NCBI GenBank assembly: GCA_018645085.1
Contig: JABGPG010000094.1
Span: forward strand, 1 to 45,197
Reading direction: 5' to 3'
DNA from: Deltaproteobacteria bacterium
GTDB taxonomy: Bacteria; SAR324; NAC60-12
DNA: 45,197 nt
The position numbers were made by a program, and so were the translations under genes. Below the pieces are notes generated by a model, which saw only the letters and a list, made by a program, of their open reading frames with translations, did not search any database and had not been told where the DNA came from. Below, piece after piece: positions 28,084 to 38,892 of the stretch (positions are counted from its first letter, which is position 1; each line of letters starts with the position of its first letter).

Positions 28084-29124
28084 ATGCCCCGCGAAGCAGA
28101 AATAAATATCGGCCTGACGATGGGTGACCCCAACGGAATAGGGCCTGAAGTTTTATTACGTGCCCTGGAAAATATGCACCCTTTTCAGGCATGGCAACCT
28201 TTGATTTTTGGTGACTCTGAAATCCTGAGCTCAATGAATGATGTTTTGGGCTTCTCTTTTTCGTTTGAAACAATTTCTGAAAAAAGCCTTGTCTTGCCAA
28301 AAAAATTCCAGGATTCATTATGTCTGCCCGTAATCGATTTGTCCGTTCAAGAAGCTCGAAAATGGGAACTTGGTACATGTTCTGTCTGGGGCGGAGAATC
28401 TGCATTTCAATTTGTTCATAGCGCAATCGACTTTGCGAACCGAAAAATTATTGACGCCATCGTTACAGCTCCGCTGGCGAAAGAAGCACTGCAGTCAGCA
28501 GGACACCTTTTTCCGGGCCATACAGAAATGCTTTCACAGTTCAGTAATGGCAAGCGATCCGTGATGATGCTGGCTGTTGATGATTTACGTGCTACCATGG
28601 TAACGCTTCACGTCTCATTACGTCAAGCCCTCGAATCACTCACTGCTGAACTTATTCTTGAAGTTATGGAAATTACGGATTCCGGACTTAAAAAAATGGG
28701 GATAGTTAAACCGAAACTTGGCCTTCCAGGCATCAATCCTCATGCAGGAGAAAACGGTATATTTGGAGATGAAGAAAAAAATATAATTATACCTGCAATG
28801 GAACTCGCCCGGAAAAAAGGAATAATCTGCGAGGGACCGTTTCCGCCGGATACAATTTTTCTGGAACACCGTAAAGGCCGTTTTGACGCTGTGGTGGCAC
28901 TTTATCACGACCAAGCGCTGATTCCACTAAAACTATACGGATTCGATCGTGCAGTCAACATAACGCTGGGACTGCCGATTATCCGTACTTCTCCGGATCA
29001 CGGAACTGCGTTTGACTTAGCACCGCATTTTAAGGCGAATCCGAGTTCGATGATAGCGGCAACCAAGACTGCTCTTCAGATGGCGCGGATCTCAGTTCAA
29101 CCTGCTAATTCGGAGGGTGCATAA
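28084..29124 (+). CDS. pdxA: 4-hydroxythreonine-4-phosphate dehydrogenase
   Basis: GDPNGIGPEV, GHTEML and IRTSPDHGTAFD are present. Confidence 0.9.
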   Translation: MPREAEINIGLTMGDPNGIGPEVLLRALENMHPFQAWQPLIFGDSEILSSMNDVLGFSFSFETISEKSLVLPKKFQDSLCLPVIDLSVQEARKWELGTCSVWGGESAFQFVHSAIDFANRKIIDAIVTAPLAKEALQSAGHLFPGHTEMLSQFSNGKRSVMMLAVDDLRATMVTLHVSLRQALESLTAELILEVMEITDSGLKKMGIVKPKLGLPGINPHAGENGIFGDEEKNIIIPAMELARKKGIICEGPFPPDTIFLEHRKGRFDAVVALYHDQALIPLKLYGFDRAVNITLGLPIIRTSPDHGTAFDLAPHFKANPSSMIAATKTALQMARISVQPANSEGA

Positions 29125-29247
29125 TTTATTCAAAATAATTAGCATAAATATTTATCCGTACTATTAGGGCATGTTGATATTCTGCAGAACTGGGGCTGAT
29201 GAAATGTCTGAAGTGTTAATGAAAAGCGAAATTAAAAAGGAACTTAC

Positions 29248-31062
29248 TCAACGCTTTACCGTTTTGCCCTGAGAGGAACTTTCTGAATTGCTTTCTTCCG
29301 GAAATGGTAAAACATCTTCGAATAATAATGTGCGTTGTACTATTTCCTTAAAAATCGGTGCGGCTACACTTCCTCCATAATAAGAAGTCCGCGGTTGTTC
29401 CACCACAACAAGTACTGTGACTAATGGTTCAGAAGCCGGAGCAAACCCTACAAATGACGCAATATAACGTGTGTTGGAATATCGTCCCAACTGTTGGTCG
29501 TAAATCTGGCTCGTCCCAGTCTTACCTGCGATTTGATAACCTTTAATCGCGGCCTTTACTGCAGTTCCGCCTTGCTGAGTAACTGAGACAAGATATTCTT
29601 TAACCAATCCTGCGACTGATGCCTCGACCACAGGACTCCTGACACCTTTTCCGAAACTCTGGATTAACTTTCCGTCATCATCTTTTATTTTCCTCAATTT
29701 TTGCCCATTATTATCACGTAAATACTCAACAATATATGGAGGAACCCATTGGCCTTTGTTCGCAAAAACATTAGCTGCGCTTACCATCTGCAAAGGTGAA
29801 ACTAGAATTGCCTGACCAAAAGATATATTTGCATGATCGATCGTCTGCCACTTTTTAGGAGAAATGACTCTTCCGGAAGCTTCTGCGGCAACACCGGAGT
29901 TAGGCCGTTGTCCAAAGCCAAAACGCAAAATATATTCATGAAATTTAGCCGGAGACATACTCATCCCAATTTTTGCTGCGCAGATGTTTGAGGATTTCTG
30001 TAAAACCTCCTTCAGTGTCATTATTCCATGCGGAGAAGTATCGCGGACAAGGTTTCTACCAATTTTATATTTCCCATTTTCACAGAAAAATTCCTGTTCA
30101 GGAGAAATCATTCCTTCATTAAGTGCAGCCGCAATTGTAACCATTTTAAAGGTGGAGCCAGGTTCGTAACCTGAAGTTGCAACACGGTTGAGTTGAAGTG
30201 CCCTGCTGTATTGCTGATAACGGTTTGGATCAAATCCTGGGTAACTCGCCATTGCCAGGATTGCCCCGGTTTTAGAGTGCAGTGCAATCACACTTCCCCG
30301 GTCTGCCCGTGTTTTTATTACTCCATCACGAAGTGCTTTTTCTGCAAAGTGCTGAATCGTGCTGTCTATCGTCAAATGCAGAGAATATTGATCGGGTTTT
30401 TTTTTAGGAATATTAGAGAGAGGTACAGTACGGTACATTCCTTCTTTTTCCACGATATAAGCCGCAGGTTTTCCTGCCAGCAGGGATTCATATTTATTTT
30501 CGACACCTTCCAGTCCCTGCGAATCAATACCGGTGTAACCTAAAAGTTGTCCGGCAAAATTACCATTAGGATAAAAACGCCGAAACTCTGCAATAAAACC
30601 AATTCCGCTTAAATTAAGCTTCTCCACCTGCTTCGTCTGTTCCGGTGGTAATTTGCGTTTGATCCAGACAAAATTGCTTTTTGATTTTAACTCAATCAGC
30701 AGTTTGTGATATGGAATATTCAGGATAGGTGAAAGTAATCTTGCTGCCTGTGTTGGGGAATCAAGCTGGCCTGGTTTGGCAAAAAGTGATTTCAGCTGAA
30801 TTGAAACTGCTAGTATTCTGCCGTTCTTGTCTAATATTCTTCCACGACGTGGTTCCAGTGTGACTGTACGTTCATGTTGTGACTTTGCTTTATCAGTGTA
30901 GTAATCTGCTTTCAGAATCTGTAAATAAAAAACCCTGCCCAAAACAGCTAAAAAACATAAGACAAATGCAACAAGTACTGTGAGAAGTCGTGTCTTGAAA
31001 CTGTAAAGTTGAAAACGTGGAGATTGATTCATTTTAATCTTATTCGGCACTGCTGACATCAA
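29248..31062 (-). CDS. ftsI: Division-type class B penicillin-binding protein (PBP3/FtsI)
   Basis: There is an N-terminal TM. The transpeptidase motifs are STFK, SSN and KTGT. The gene lies directly downstream of the ftsL-like gene. Start is ambiguous among TTG 31062, ATG 31059 and ATG 31032. Confidence 0.88.
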   Translation of the reverse strand: MMSAVPNKIKMNQSPRFQLYSFKTRLLTVLVAFVLCFLAVLGRVFYLQILKADYYTDKAKSQHERTVTLEPRRGRILDKNGRILAVSIQLKSLFAKPGQLDSPTQAARLLSPILNIPYHKLLIELKSKSNFVWIKRKLPPEQTKQVEKLNLSGIGFIAEFRRFYPNGNFAGQLLGYTGIDSQGLEGVENKYESLLAGKPAAYIVEKEGMYRTVPLSNIPKKKPDQYSLHLTIDSTIQHFAEKALRDGVIKTRADRGSVIALHSKTGAILAMASYPGFDPNRYQQYSRALQLNRVATSGYEPGSTFKMVTIAAALNEGMISPEQEFFCENGKYKIGRNLVRDTSPHGIMTLKEVLQKSSNICAAKIGMSMSPAKFHEYILRFGFGQRPNSGVAAEASGRVISPKKWQTIDHANISFGQAILVSPLQMVSAANVFANKGQWVPPYIVEYLRDNNGQKLRKIKDDDGKLIQSFGKGVRSPVVEASVAGLVKEYLVSVTQQGGTAVKAAIKGYQIAGKTGTSQIYDQQLGRYSNTRYIASFVGFAPASEPLVTVLVVVEQPRTSYYGGSVAAPIFKEIVQRTLLFEDVLPFPEESNSESSSQGKTVKR

Positions 31063-31423
31063 CCCAGGAAAGTCGATATTGTGCAGGGTTTGGAGAAGTC
31101 ATGCGCATTGTGTTTTCCACCAGAACTTCCAGCCGCTGTGGTCTGCTTAGATAGCTGATTTCCACTTCAAGCAATTCCAGCTTGCTTACTAAAAATGAAC
31201 GTTGAGTTTCCAGCGAGTCAACCCGATGTGCCACCTGTCGGTAATTCATCCATTGTGAAAGGTAAAAAATACAGCCGACTGTAACTAGACCCCAAACCAG
31301 TAATGTAATGTGAAAAGACTGCACAGATTTCCAAATAAAACGTGGCACCAGCTTCCAGCGAAATTGGTGTTTTAAAGAGTGTGGTTTACGCCGGGCAGAA
31401 TCTATGATTGATCTAAGGGACAT
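31040..31423 (-). CDS. ftsL: FtsL-like bitopic cell-division protein
   Basis: It has a single TM (ITLLVWGLVTVGCIFYL) followed by a coiled-coil-like segment (LETQRSFLVSKLELLEVEISYL). It sits immediately upstream of ftsI. I chose MSLRS.. as the start; the track ORF extends to 31504. Confidence 0.55.
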   Translation of the reverse strand: MSLRSIIDSARRKPHSLKHQFRWKLVPRFIWKSVQSFHITLLVWGLVTVGCIFYLSQWMNYRQVAHRVDSLETQRSFLVSKLELLEVEISYLSRPQRLEVLVENTMRMTSPNPAQYRLSWVDVSSAE

Positions 31424-31716
31424 CGAAAATCTTAGCTGAAAGAAAAATGTAAATCTGTGTTTATCTCTATTTGTAAACTTCTTTTGTGTCAATAAAATGA
31501 GCACTCTATATACTTCTGCACAAAGTGTCCCAAATAACAGTTTAGCTTTAATACGCTGTGAGTCAGCTACAGATATTTGTATATTAGCATATCATTATTG
31601 CTTGATGCATAATTTGGCTTTCCTCTCCACTAAAATTAGCGTATTTTATTATTAAGTCTACAAGGTTCAAAAGAACTGTTAAAACATCACCTCATCTTTT
31701 AAATTTAAAAAATATT

Positions 31717-33567
31717 ATGAGCAGTACAGAACTAACTCTTGATCTGCGTGACATTAGTTTTGCCATGAAGGAATGGTTGCCTATTGAACAACTCAGTGAG
31801 TCAGAAAAGTTTTCCGAATTTGATGTAGATACTCTTGATATGATGGTTCAGGAAGGTATCCGTTTTGCGATTGACGTTGTTTCTCCAACACGCTCCGAAA
31901 GTGACCGTGAAGGTTGCCGTATTGAAGACGGACGTGTCAAGGTTTCGAAATGCCTCCATGAACCTTATAAACAGGCTTATGAAATGGGATGGGCGACGAT
32001 GAGGGTATCTCCCGAATACGGAGGAATGGGTGCACCTGCAACACTTGGATTGATAATCAATGAAGCCTTGAACGGAGCAAATCTTGGTTTGAGCATGTTT
32101 TTCGGTTTGACTTCCGGTGCAGCAGAATTGATTGATACCTTTGGTTCAACTGAGCTTAAAGAAAAGTATGCAGCTAAAATGTTCCAGGGTCAGTACACGG
32201 GAACCATGTGCCTGAGTGAGCCTCAGGCAGGTTCTGATGTTGGTGCAGGGACAACCAGTGCAATACCGGTAGAGGAAGGTGTTTACAAAATAAAAGGTTC
32301 AAAGTGCTGGATTTCTTCCGGAGATAATAATTTAGGAGAAAACGTTATTCACGCTGTTCTGGCCAGGGTCAAAGGCGCTCCGGACGGTACCAAAGGTTTG
32401 AGCCTGTTTGCGGTTCCATATACACGGGTGAATGATGACGGAACTCTCGGAGACTGGAACGATGTTACTGTTGCCTCTATAGAAGATAAACTGGGTATCC
32501 ATGCCAGTCCCACAGCGGTCTTGAATTTTGGCGAAAATGATGATTGCCTGGGGTGGATCATAGGAGAAGAAGGCCAGGGCATATCATCGATGTTCCTGAT
32601 GATGAATGGTGCCAGAATTTATACAGGACTGATTGGTCTTGCTCTTGGAGGAGCAGCTTACGAAAATGCCAAAACTTATGCGCAGGAACGTGTACAGGGT
32701 ACTCATATTTCAAAAATCCGTGATCCGGAAGCACCCAAGGTTTCGATTGTCAATCATCCAGCGGTAAGACTCAATCTGATCAATATGAAAGCTAAAGTTG
32801 AAGCCATGCGGGCGTTGCTTTATTTTACCTCTTTTCAATTTGATCTTGAACAAATCGCAAAAACTGATGAGGAAAAGCAAAGCGCGCAAAACATGGTGGA
32901 TTTGCTGACGCCGATGTGCAAAGGTTGGTGTACAGAGGTTGGTCTTGATGTGGTACGGACAGGGATTCAGGTGCTGGGTGGAGTTGGTTACACCAAAGAT
33001 TTTCCGCTGGAACAGCTTTTTCGTGATGCCAGAATTGCTCCGATTTACGAAGGGACAACTGATATACAAGCCTTGGATTTAGTTGGACGTAAAATGCTTC
33101 AGCAGGGTGGAATGTTATTTCAGAATTTGATGGAACGCTTCAGTAAATTGATTGCGAAACACAGTCAACATCCGGAGCTGGGGGCAGTATTCAAAACATT
33201 TGAAACGTACTGTGAAACACTTTACGAAACATCTATGGGTTCTCAGGAAGTTATAAAAACGCGCGGTATGGAAGGTGTCGCACTTTATGCTACTCCTTTT
33301 TTGATGTTTTTTTCCTCAGTAACTGCGGGTTCATTATTGCTGGAGCAGGCAGTTGTTGCTGCAGAAAAATTAACTCAAATAAAAGCAGAAAAAGATATCG
33401 GCGAACTTGAGCTTTCAGCTTTTCTGGAGGAGAATGAAAATGCGCTTTTTTATGCAAACAAGATAAAAACTACTCGCTACTTTGTCGACGGCATTATCCC
33501 GCAATTTGAGGCTTTGCTTGCAGGGGGCAAAAAGCAAAACTTTGATGCGCTGGAAATTACTTTTTAA
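31717..33567 (+). CDS. Long-form acyl-CoA dehydrogenase (~600-aa class with an extra C-terminal domain)
   Basis: ACAD-like core stretches are present (CLSEPQAGSD, IYEGTTDIQ). Length is 616 aa. It lies adjacent to fadB and fadA. Confidence 0.88.
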   Translation: MSSTELTLDLRDISFAMKEWLPIEQLSESEKFSEFDVDTLDMMVQEGIRFAIDVVSPTRSESDREGCRIEDGRVKVSKCLHEPYKQAYEMGWATMRVSPEYGGMGAPATLGLIINEALNGANLGLSMFFGLTSGAAELIDTFGSTELKEKYAAKMFQGQYTGTMCLSEPQAGSDVGAGTTSAIPVEEGVYKIKGSKCWISSGDNNLGENVIHAVLARVKGAPDGTKGLSLFAVPYTRVNDDGTLGDWNDVTVASIEDKLGIHASPTAVLNFGENDDCLGWIIGEEGQGISSMFLMMNGARIYTGLIGLALGGAAYENAKTYAQERVQGTHISKIRDPEAPKVSIVNHPAVRLNLINMKAKVEAMRALLYFTSFQFDLEQIAKTDEEKQSAQNMVDLLTPMCKGWCTEVGLDVVRTGIQVLGGVGYTKDFPLEQLFRDARIAPIYEGTTDIQALDLVGRKMLQQGGMLFQNLMERFSKLIAKHSQHPELGAVFKTFETYCETLYETSMGSQEVIKTRGMEGVALYATPFLMFFSSVTAGSLLLEQAVVAAEKLTQIKAEKDIGELELSAFLEENENALFYANKIKTTRYFVDGIIPQFEALLAGGKKQNFDALEITF

Positions 33568-33589
33568 ACATTTTAAACAAGTAGAACAT

Positions 33590-35746
33590 ATGGAATACAA
33601 AGGTCAGGCAATACAGTGCCGTAATCTGGATAATAATATAGTTGAATTAATCTTTGATTCACAAGGTGAGTCAGTTAATAAATTTGATCAAAACTCTCTC
33701 GAAGAACTTCGGGAAGTAATCGCACAGTTGGCAGCAGATAAATCAGTCAAAGGTCTGTTGGTTAGCAGTGCTAAAGCTGTTTTCATTGTAGGTGCAGACA
33801 TTACGGAGTTTCTAAAAGGATTTCAGGTACCTCAAGACGAATTGGTAAACTGGGTCAAAGACGCGCAAAAAGTTTTTTCTGATCTGGAAAACCTGAATTT
33901 TCCAAGTGTTTGTGCCATTAACGGCTATGCACTTGGCGGTGGTTTTGAATTTGGACTGGCCTGTACTTATCGTGTTGCATCTACCAAAGCAAAAGTTGGT
34001 CTTCCGGAAGTTAAACTCGGTTTGCTGCCAGGATTCGGAGGTACGTCTAGGTTGCCACGCTTAGTTGGTGCAGATAATGCGCTGGAATGGATTGCGGGAG
34101 GAACAGAAAATTCTCCGGAAAAAGCACAGGAAATAGGTGCAGTAGATGCAGTTGTAGAACACGAAATATTACGGGATGCTGCTCTGGATCTGCTGAACAA
34201 AGCTATCAGCGGAGAGTTAGACTGGCAGGCAAAACGTGCGGAAAAACAACAGCCATTAATGCTGAATGAAAATGAGACCATGATGGCTTTTGAAACCGCA
34301 AGAGCTTTTATAGCCGGTAAAGCGGGGCCAAATTATCCTGCACCGTTGACAATTGTCGGTGTTATGCAGGCCAGCGCAAGATTTGAACTGGAAGGTGCAC
34401 TGGAGATTGAAGCAGAAGGATTTGCGGAGTTGGCAAAGTCTCCGGAAGCGACGGCTTTGATCGGTTTGTTTTTAGGCGATCAGTTGCTCAAGAAAAAAGC
34501 TAAAAATTCCATAAAAATAGCTGAACCTGTTAAGCGTGCGGCAGTTCTTGGTGCAGGCATAATGGGTGGAGGAGTTGCTTATCAGTCTTCATACAAAGGG
34601 ATTCCAATTGCCATGAAAGACATTGCTCAGTCTCAACTAGATTTGGGGATGAATGAAGCAACGAAAATCATGCAGAAACGTGTGGAACGCGGACGTATGA
34701 AAGCGGATAAAATGGCACAGGTTTTAACCGGAATTACACCGACACTTTCTTATGAAAATCTGCTAGATGCAGACTTGATCGTTGAAGCAGTGGTTGAAAA
34801 GGAAAGTGTGAAGAAAGTAGTATTGGCAGAAACTGAGTCATTGATCGGTGAGAAAGCGATTTTGGCTTCCAACACTTCCACAATTTCAATTACTAAACTG
34901 GCTCAAGGTTTGAAACGTCCGGAACAGTTTTGCGGAATGCACTTTTTTAATCCGGTTCACCGCATGCCGCTCGTAGAGGTAATACGAGGAGAAAAAAGCA
35001 GTGAATCCACAATCGCTGCTACTGTAGCTTATGCTTCCGCAATGGGGAAAAGTCCGATTGTGGTTAATGATTGTCCGGGATTCCTCGTGAATCGAGTTCT
35101 TTTTCCGTATTTCGCCGGTTTTGCCGGTTTGGTAAATGACGGTGTGGATTTTAAGAAAATTGATAAAGTAATGGAAAAATTCGGTTGGCCGATGGGACCG
35201 GCATTTTTGCTGGACGTTGTTGGTATTGACACAGCTTTTCACGCAGGTGGAGTGATGGCTGCAGGATTTCCGGATCGCATGAGTCAGGATGTACCGACTA
35301 TTATTTCCAAAATGTATGAGAAAGAATGGTACGGGCAAAAAAACGATAATGGTTTTTATATCCACAGCAAAGATAAAAAGGGCAGACCCAAAAAAGAGGT
35401 AAATCCTGGCGTTGCCAATTTTCTGAAGGATCTGGGAGTAGGCAGTGGTGAAGGCATTAGTGATGCTGATATAATCGACCGTATGATGCTTCCAATGTTG
35501 ATGGAAAGTTCACGATGTTTGGAAGATAACATTGTAGAAACACCGACTGAAGTTGACATGGGTCTGGTTTACGGAATTGGTTTTCCACCTTTCCGTGGAG
35601 GGATTTTTCGCTGGGCAGATACAGTTGGTTTGAATGAATTACTTCAGCGGGCTGAAAAACATAAAGCACTGGGTAAAGTCTATGAACCTACTGAACAAAT
35701 TATGAAAATGGCACAAGCTGGAAAACTGTTTCATCCGCTTGAGTGA
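33590..35746 (+). CDS. fadB: Fatty-acid oxidation complex alpha subunit (enoyl-CoA hydratase / 3-hydroxyacyl-CoA dehydrogenase)
   Basis: The N-terminal crotonase fold shows GADITEF and GGGFE. The dehydrogenase Rossmann motif is GAGIMGGGVA. ATG 33590 (MEYKGQAIQ..) gives 718 aa and removes the overlap with the upstream gene. Confidence 0.9.
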   Translation: MEYKGQAIQCRNLDNNIVELIFDSQGESVNKFDQNSLEELREVIAQLAADKSVKGLLVSSAKAVFIVGADITEFLKGFQVPQDELVNWVKDAQKVFSDLENLNFPSVCAINGYALGGGFEFGLACTYRVASTKAKVGLPEVKLGLLPGFGGTSRLPRLVGADNALEWIAGGTENSPEKAQEIGAVDAVVEHEILRDAALDLLNKAISGELDWQAKRAEKQQPLMLNENETMMAFETARAFIAGKAGPNYPAPLTIVGVMQASARFELEGALEIEAEGFAELAKSPEATALIGLFLGDQLLKKKAKNSIKIAEPVKRAAVLGAGIMGGGVAYQSSYKGIPIAMKDIAQSQLDLGMNEATKIMQKRVERGRMKADKMAQVLTGITPTLSYENLLDADLIVEAVVEKESVKKVVLAETESLIGEKAILASNTSTISITKLAQGLKRPEQFCGMHFFNPVHRMPLVEVIRGEKSSESTIAATVAYASAMGKSPIVVNDCPGFLVNRVLFPYFAGFAGLVNDGVDFKKIDKVMEKFGWPMGPAFLLDVVGIDTAFHAGGVMAAGFPDRMSQDVPTIISKMYEKEWYGQKNDNGFYIHSKDKKGRPKKEVNPGVANFLKDLGVGSGEGISDADIIDRMMLPMLMESSRCLEDNIVETPTEVDMGLVYGIGFPPFRGGIFRWADTVGLNELLQRAEKHKALGKVYEPTEQIMKMAQAGKLFHPLE

Positions 35747-35910
35747 TCAGTGTATTTGAGTCTTTTCCTCTGCGGATTTTGAGAGGATAACAAAATCGTG
35801 GAAATGACAATATGGGGATTATAGACTTTTAGGAGACCATCAAAATTGATGGCCAATTTACTGTAACATTCATACATGTTGATCAGAGAAAAGAAATAAC
35901 CTAACTTTAA

Positions 35911-37092
<1,182 letters not shown>

Positions 37093-37142
37093 ACAAAATC
37101 CGGCAAGGCCTTGAAACGGAAATAAAATTCCGCAAAAAATGT

Positions 37143-38558
37143 TCAAGGCAGGTGGCGGATTTGAATCGCATCAATTTTCCCGGATCCTGCCAGAACATCT
37201 GAAATTACAACTACTTTTTCATCAGACTGAAAACCTTCCCGTTCTTTAAGTACGTTAAATGCAGTTTGCAGGGTCTTCTCCGGATCTTGACTGAAGGCTA
37301 TTCTGAAAGGCCGAATTCCGCGGCCTAAAGTCATGGTCCTTCTGGCCTGACTGACGTTAGTGAAGGCGTAAATGTCACTATACACAGGACGGCAATTACA
37401 AACAAGATCTGCCATCACCCCACGCCGTGTGATGACAACTATACAGCGCGCACCCAGGGATTCTGCTAATTCTACAGCAGCCAAAGACAATTTCTGTTTG
37501 TCATTTTCGGTATTTAGTTTGCTGACAAAACGTAATCCAGGATGCTTTTCGACATTTTCGGCAATATTAACAAGTTGGTCGATACAGCGCAGCGGATATT
37601 TCCCAATTGTAGTTTCTCCTGATAACATCACCGCATCCACTTCTTCATAAACTGCATTTGCGACATCAGTCACTTCTGCTCGTGTAGGCAGCGGATTTGT
37701 GATCATTGATTCTAGTAAATGTGTCGCTACAATTACCCTTTTTCCCTGTTCTGCACAGGAACGGACAATTCGGCGTTGCACTGTTGGTACCGTATGGATT
37801 GGAATCTCAATCCCTAAATCACCGCGGGCGACCATTACACCATCAACTTGCTCAATTATTTCATTGACATTCTTTACACCTTCTTCATCTTCAATTTTAG
37901 CGATAATTTTGATCTTACCTACTTTTTTACCAAGTATTTCTTTTAACTGCAAAATATCTGCAGCTTCCCTGACAAATGAAAGTGCAATATAATCAACGTC
38001 ACTTGCAATTCCAAACTCAATATCGCGCCGGTCCTTTTTGGTGATTGCCGGTAGATTTACACGTACTCCTGGAAGATTGACATGTCTTTTACTTTTCAGT
38101 AAACCGCCGTCAAGTACACGACAACGCATCATGCGCTCATGCTTTTCTAAAACCTCCAAGTTTATCAAACCACTATCAACAGTAATTTTGTCACCTGCCA
38201 GCACAGTACTGATCAAGTCATCGTAATCTATATGGATTGATGTTTCCTCTGGATCACTTTCCCCCCTGACCACAATCGATATTACTGAACCTTTTTTTAA
38301 ATCCAGATCGGAGGCGAGGTGACCTGTACGAATTTCCGGACCTTGTGTATCAAGCAGGATCGCGATAGGAAATTTTATTTTACGGTTTAGTGTTTTGATG
38401 TGTTTGATCACACGCTGATGCCAGTCCTGATCACCATGAGACATGTTGAGCCGTGCGATATTCATTCCTGCACCAGCCATCCGCTGCAGCATTTCATATG
38501 ATTCAGTCTCAGGACCGATTGTGCAGATTATTTTTGTTTTTATGCGTAAGTTATCCAT
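37143..38558 (-). CDS. pyk: Pyruvate kinase
   Basis: KIICTIGP, NIARLNMSHG and MVARGDLGIEIP are present. Confidence 0.93.
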   Translation of the reverse strand: MDNLRIKTKIICTIGPETESYEMLQRMAGAGMNIARLNMSHGDQDWHQRVIKHIKTLNRKIKFPIAILLDTQGPEIRTGHLASDLDLKKGSVISIVVRGESDPEETSIHIDYDDLISTVLAGDKITVDSGLINLEVLEKHERMMRCRVLDGGLLKSKRHVNLPGVRVNLPAITKKDRRDIEFGIASDVDYIALSFVREAADILQLKEILGKKVGKIKIIAKIEDEEGVKNVNEIIEQVDGVMVARGDLGIEIPIHTVPTVQRRIVRSCAEQGKRVIVATHLLESMITNPLPTRAEVTDVANAVYEEVDAVMLSGETTIGKYPLRCIDQLVNIAENVEKHPGLRFVSKLNTENDKQKLSLAAVELAESLGARCIVVITRRGVMADLVCNCRPVYSDIYAFTNVSQARRTMTLGRGIRPFRIAFSQDPEKTLQTAFNVLKEREGFQSDEKVVVISDVLAGSGKIDAIQIRHLP

Positions 38559-38828
38559 GAAAATAAAAAATAAAACTTAAAGTTGGAAGTATTCGAAAGT
38601 ATCTTCTACTGAACTTGCCTGCTTGATACCAAGCGTTGTTTATGTAAAAAATATATACTATTGCTAAAAAAGCAACAAGCTTTACACTGAATTTGTCCCC
38701 TTTAGCAGGAAATCTATAATTATTGTGATTATCATTATTGTTGAGTCTGATTTGATAAAAGTGCTAATAGGAGAATTAAAAGCAATAATTATTATTCTTA
38801 AAAAAATCAAATATAGTTACTTTTGTAC

Positions 38829-38857
38829 TTGCATCTGTCTAAAGTAAGGAGTATAAA
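38829..38857 (+). promoter_or_regulatory. Candidate sigma-70 promoter of the gntR-mtnK unit: TTGCAT-N17-TATAAA
   Basis: The -35 is at 38829-38834, followed by a 17-nt spacer, with the -10 at 38852-38857. The -10 ends 35 nt upstream of the GntR ATG. Confidence 0.45.
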
Positions 38858-38858
38858 C

Positions 38859-38876
38859 TTGTCTGACAACAGACAA
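38859..38876. promoter_or_regulatory. Operator-like inverted repeat TTGTCTG-ACAA-CAGACAA overlapping the predicted transcription start
   Basis: It has perfect 7-bp arms and starts 2 nt after the -10. An extra TGTCT half-site lies inside the promoter spacer (38836-38840). Confidence 0.45.
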
Positions 38877-38892
38877 TTAAACAAAGATACTG

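Noticed and set aside
28079-28426. 115-aa minus-strand ORF overlapping the pdxA 5' end
   Set aside because: It is antisense to strongly supported pdxA and has no recognisable motifs. It would also overlap the SDR/pdxA control region.
31424-31504. Upstream extension of the FtsL-like ORF (MLILLTQKKF..)
   Set aside because: The extension is Phe/Lys-rich sequence in the AT-rich promoter region. FtsL proteins are short with a brief cytoplasmic tail, so I chose the internal Met. Confidence in the exact start is low.
33482-33589. N-terminal extension of the fadB ORF (track start 33482)
   Set aside because: It overlaps the last 86 nt of the acyl-CoA dehydrogenase gene and encodes non-homologous sequence. 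ATG 33590 yields the canonical FadB N-terminus and length.
37101-37132. Possible bidirectional terminator between convergent fadA and pyk (CAAGGCCTTG palindrome; CGGAA-ATAAAA-TTCCG hairpin)
   Set aside because: The stems are only 5 bp, and the T-runs are poor on the + strand and only TTT on the - strand. This is too weak to annotate as a terminator.
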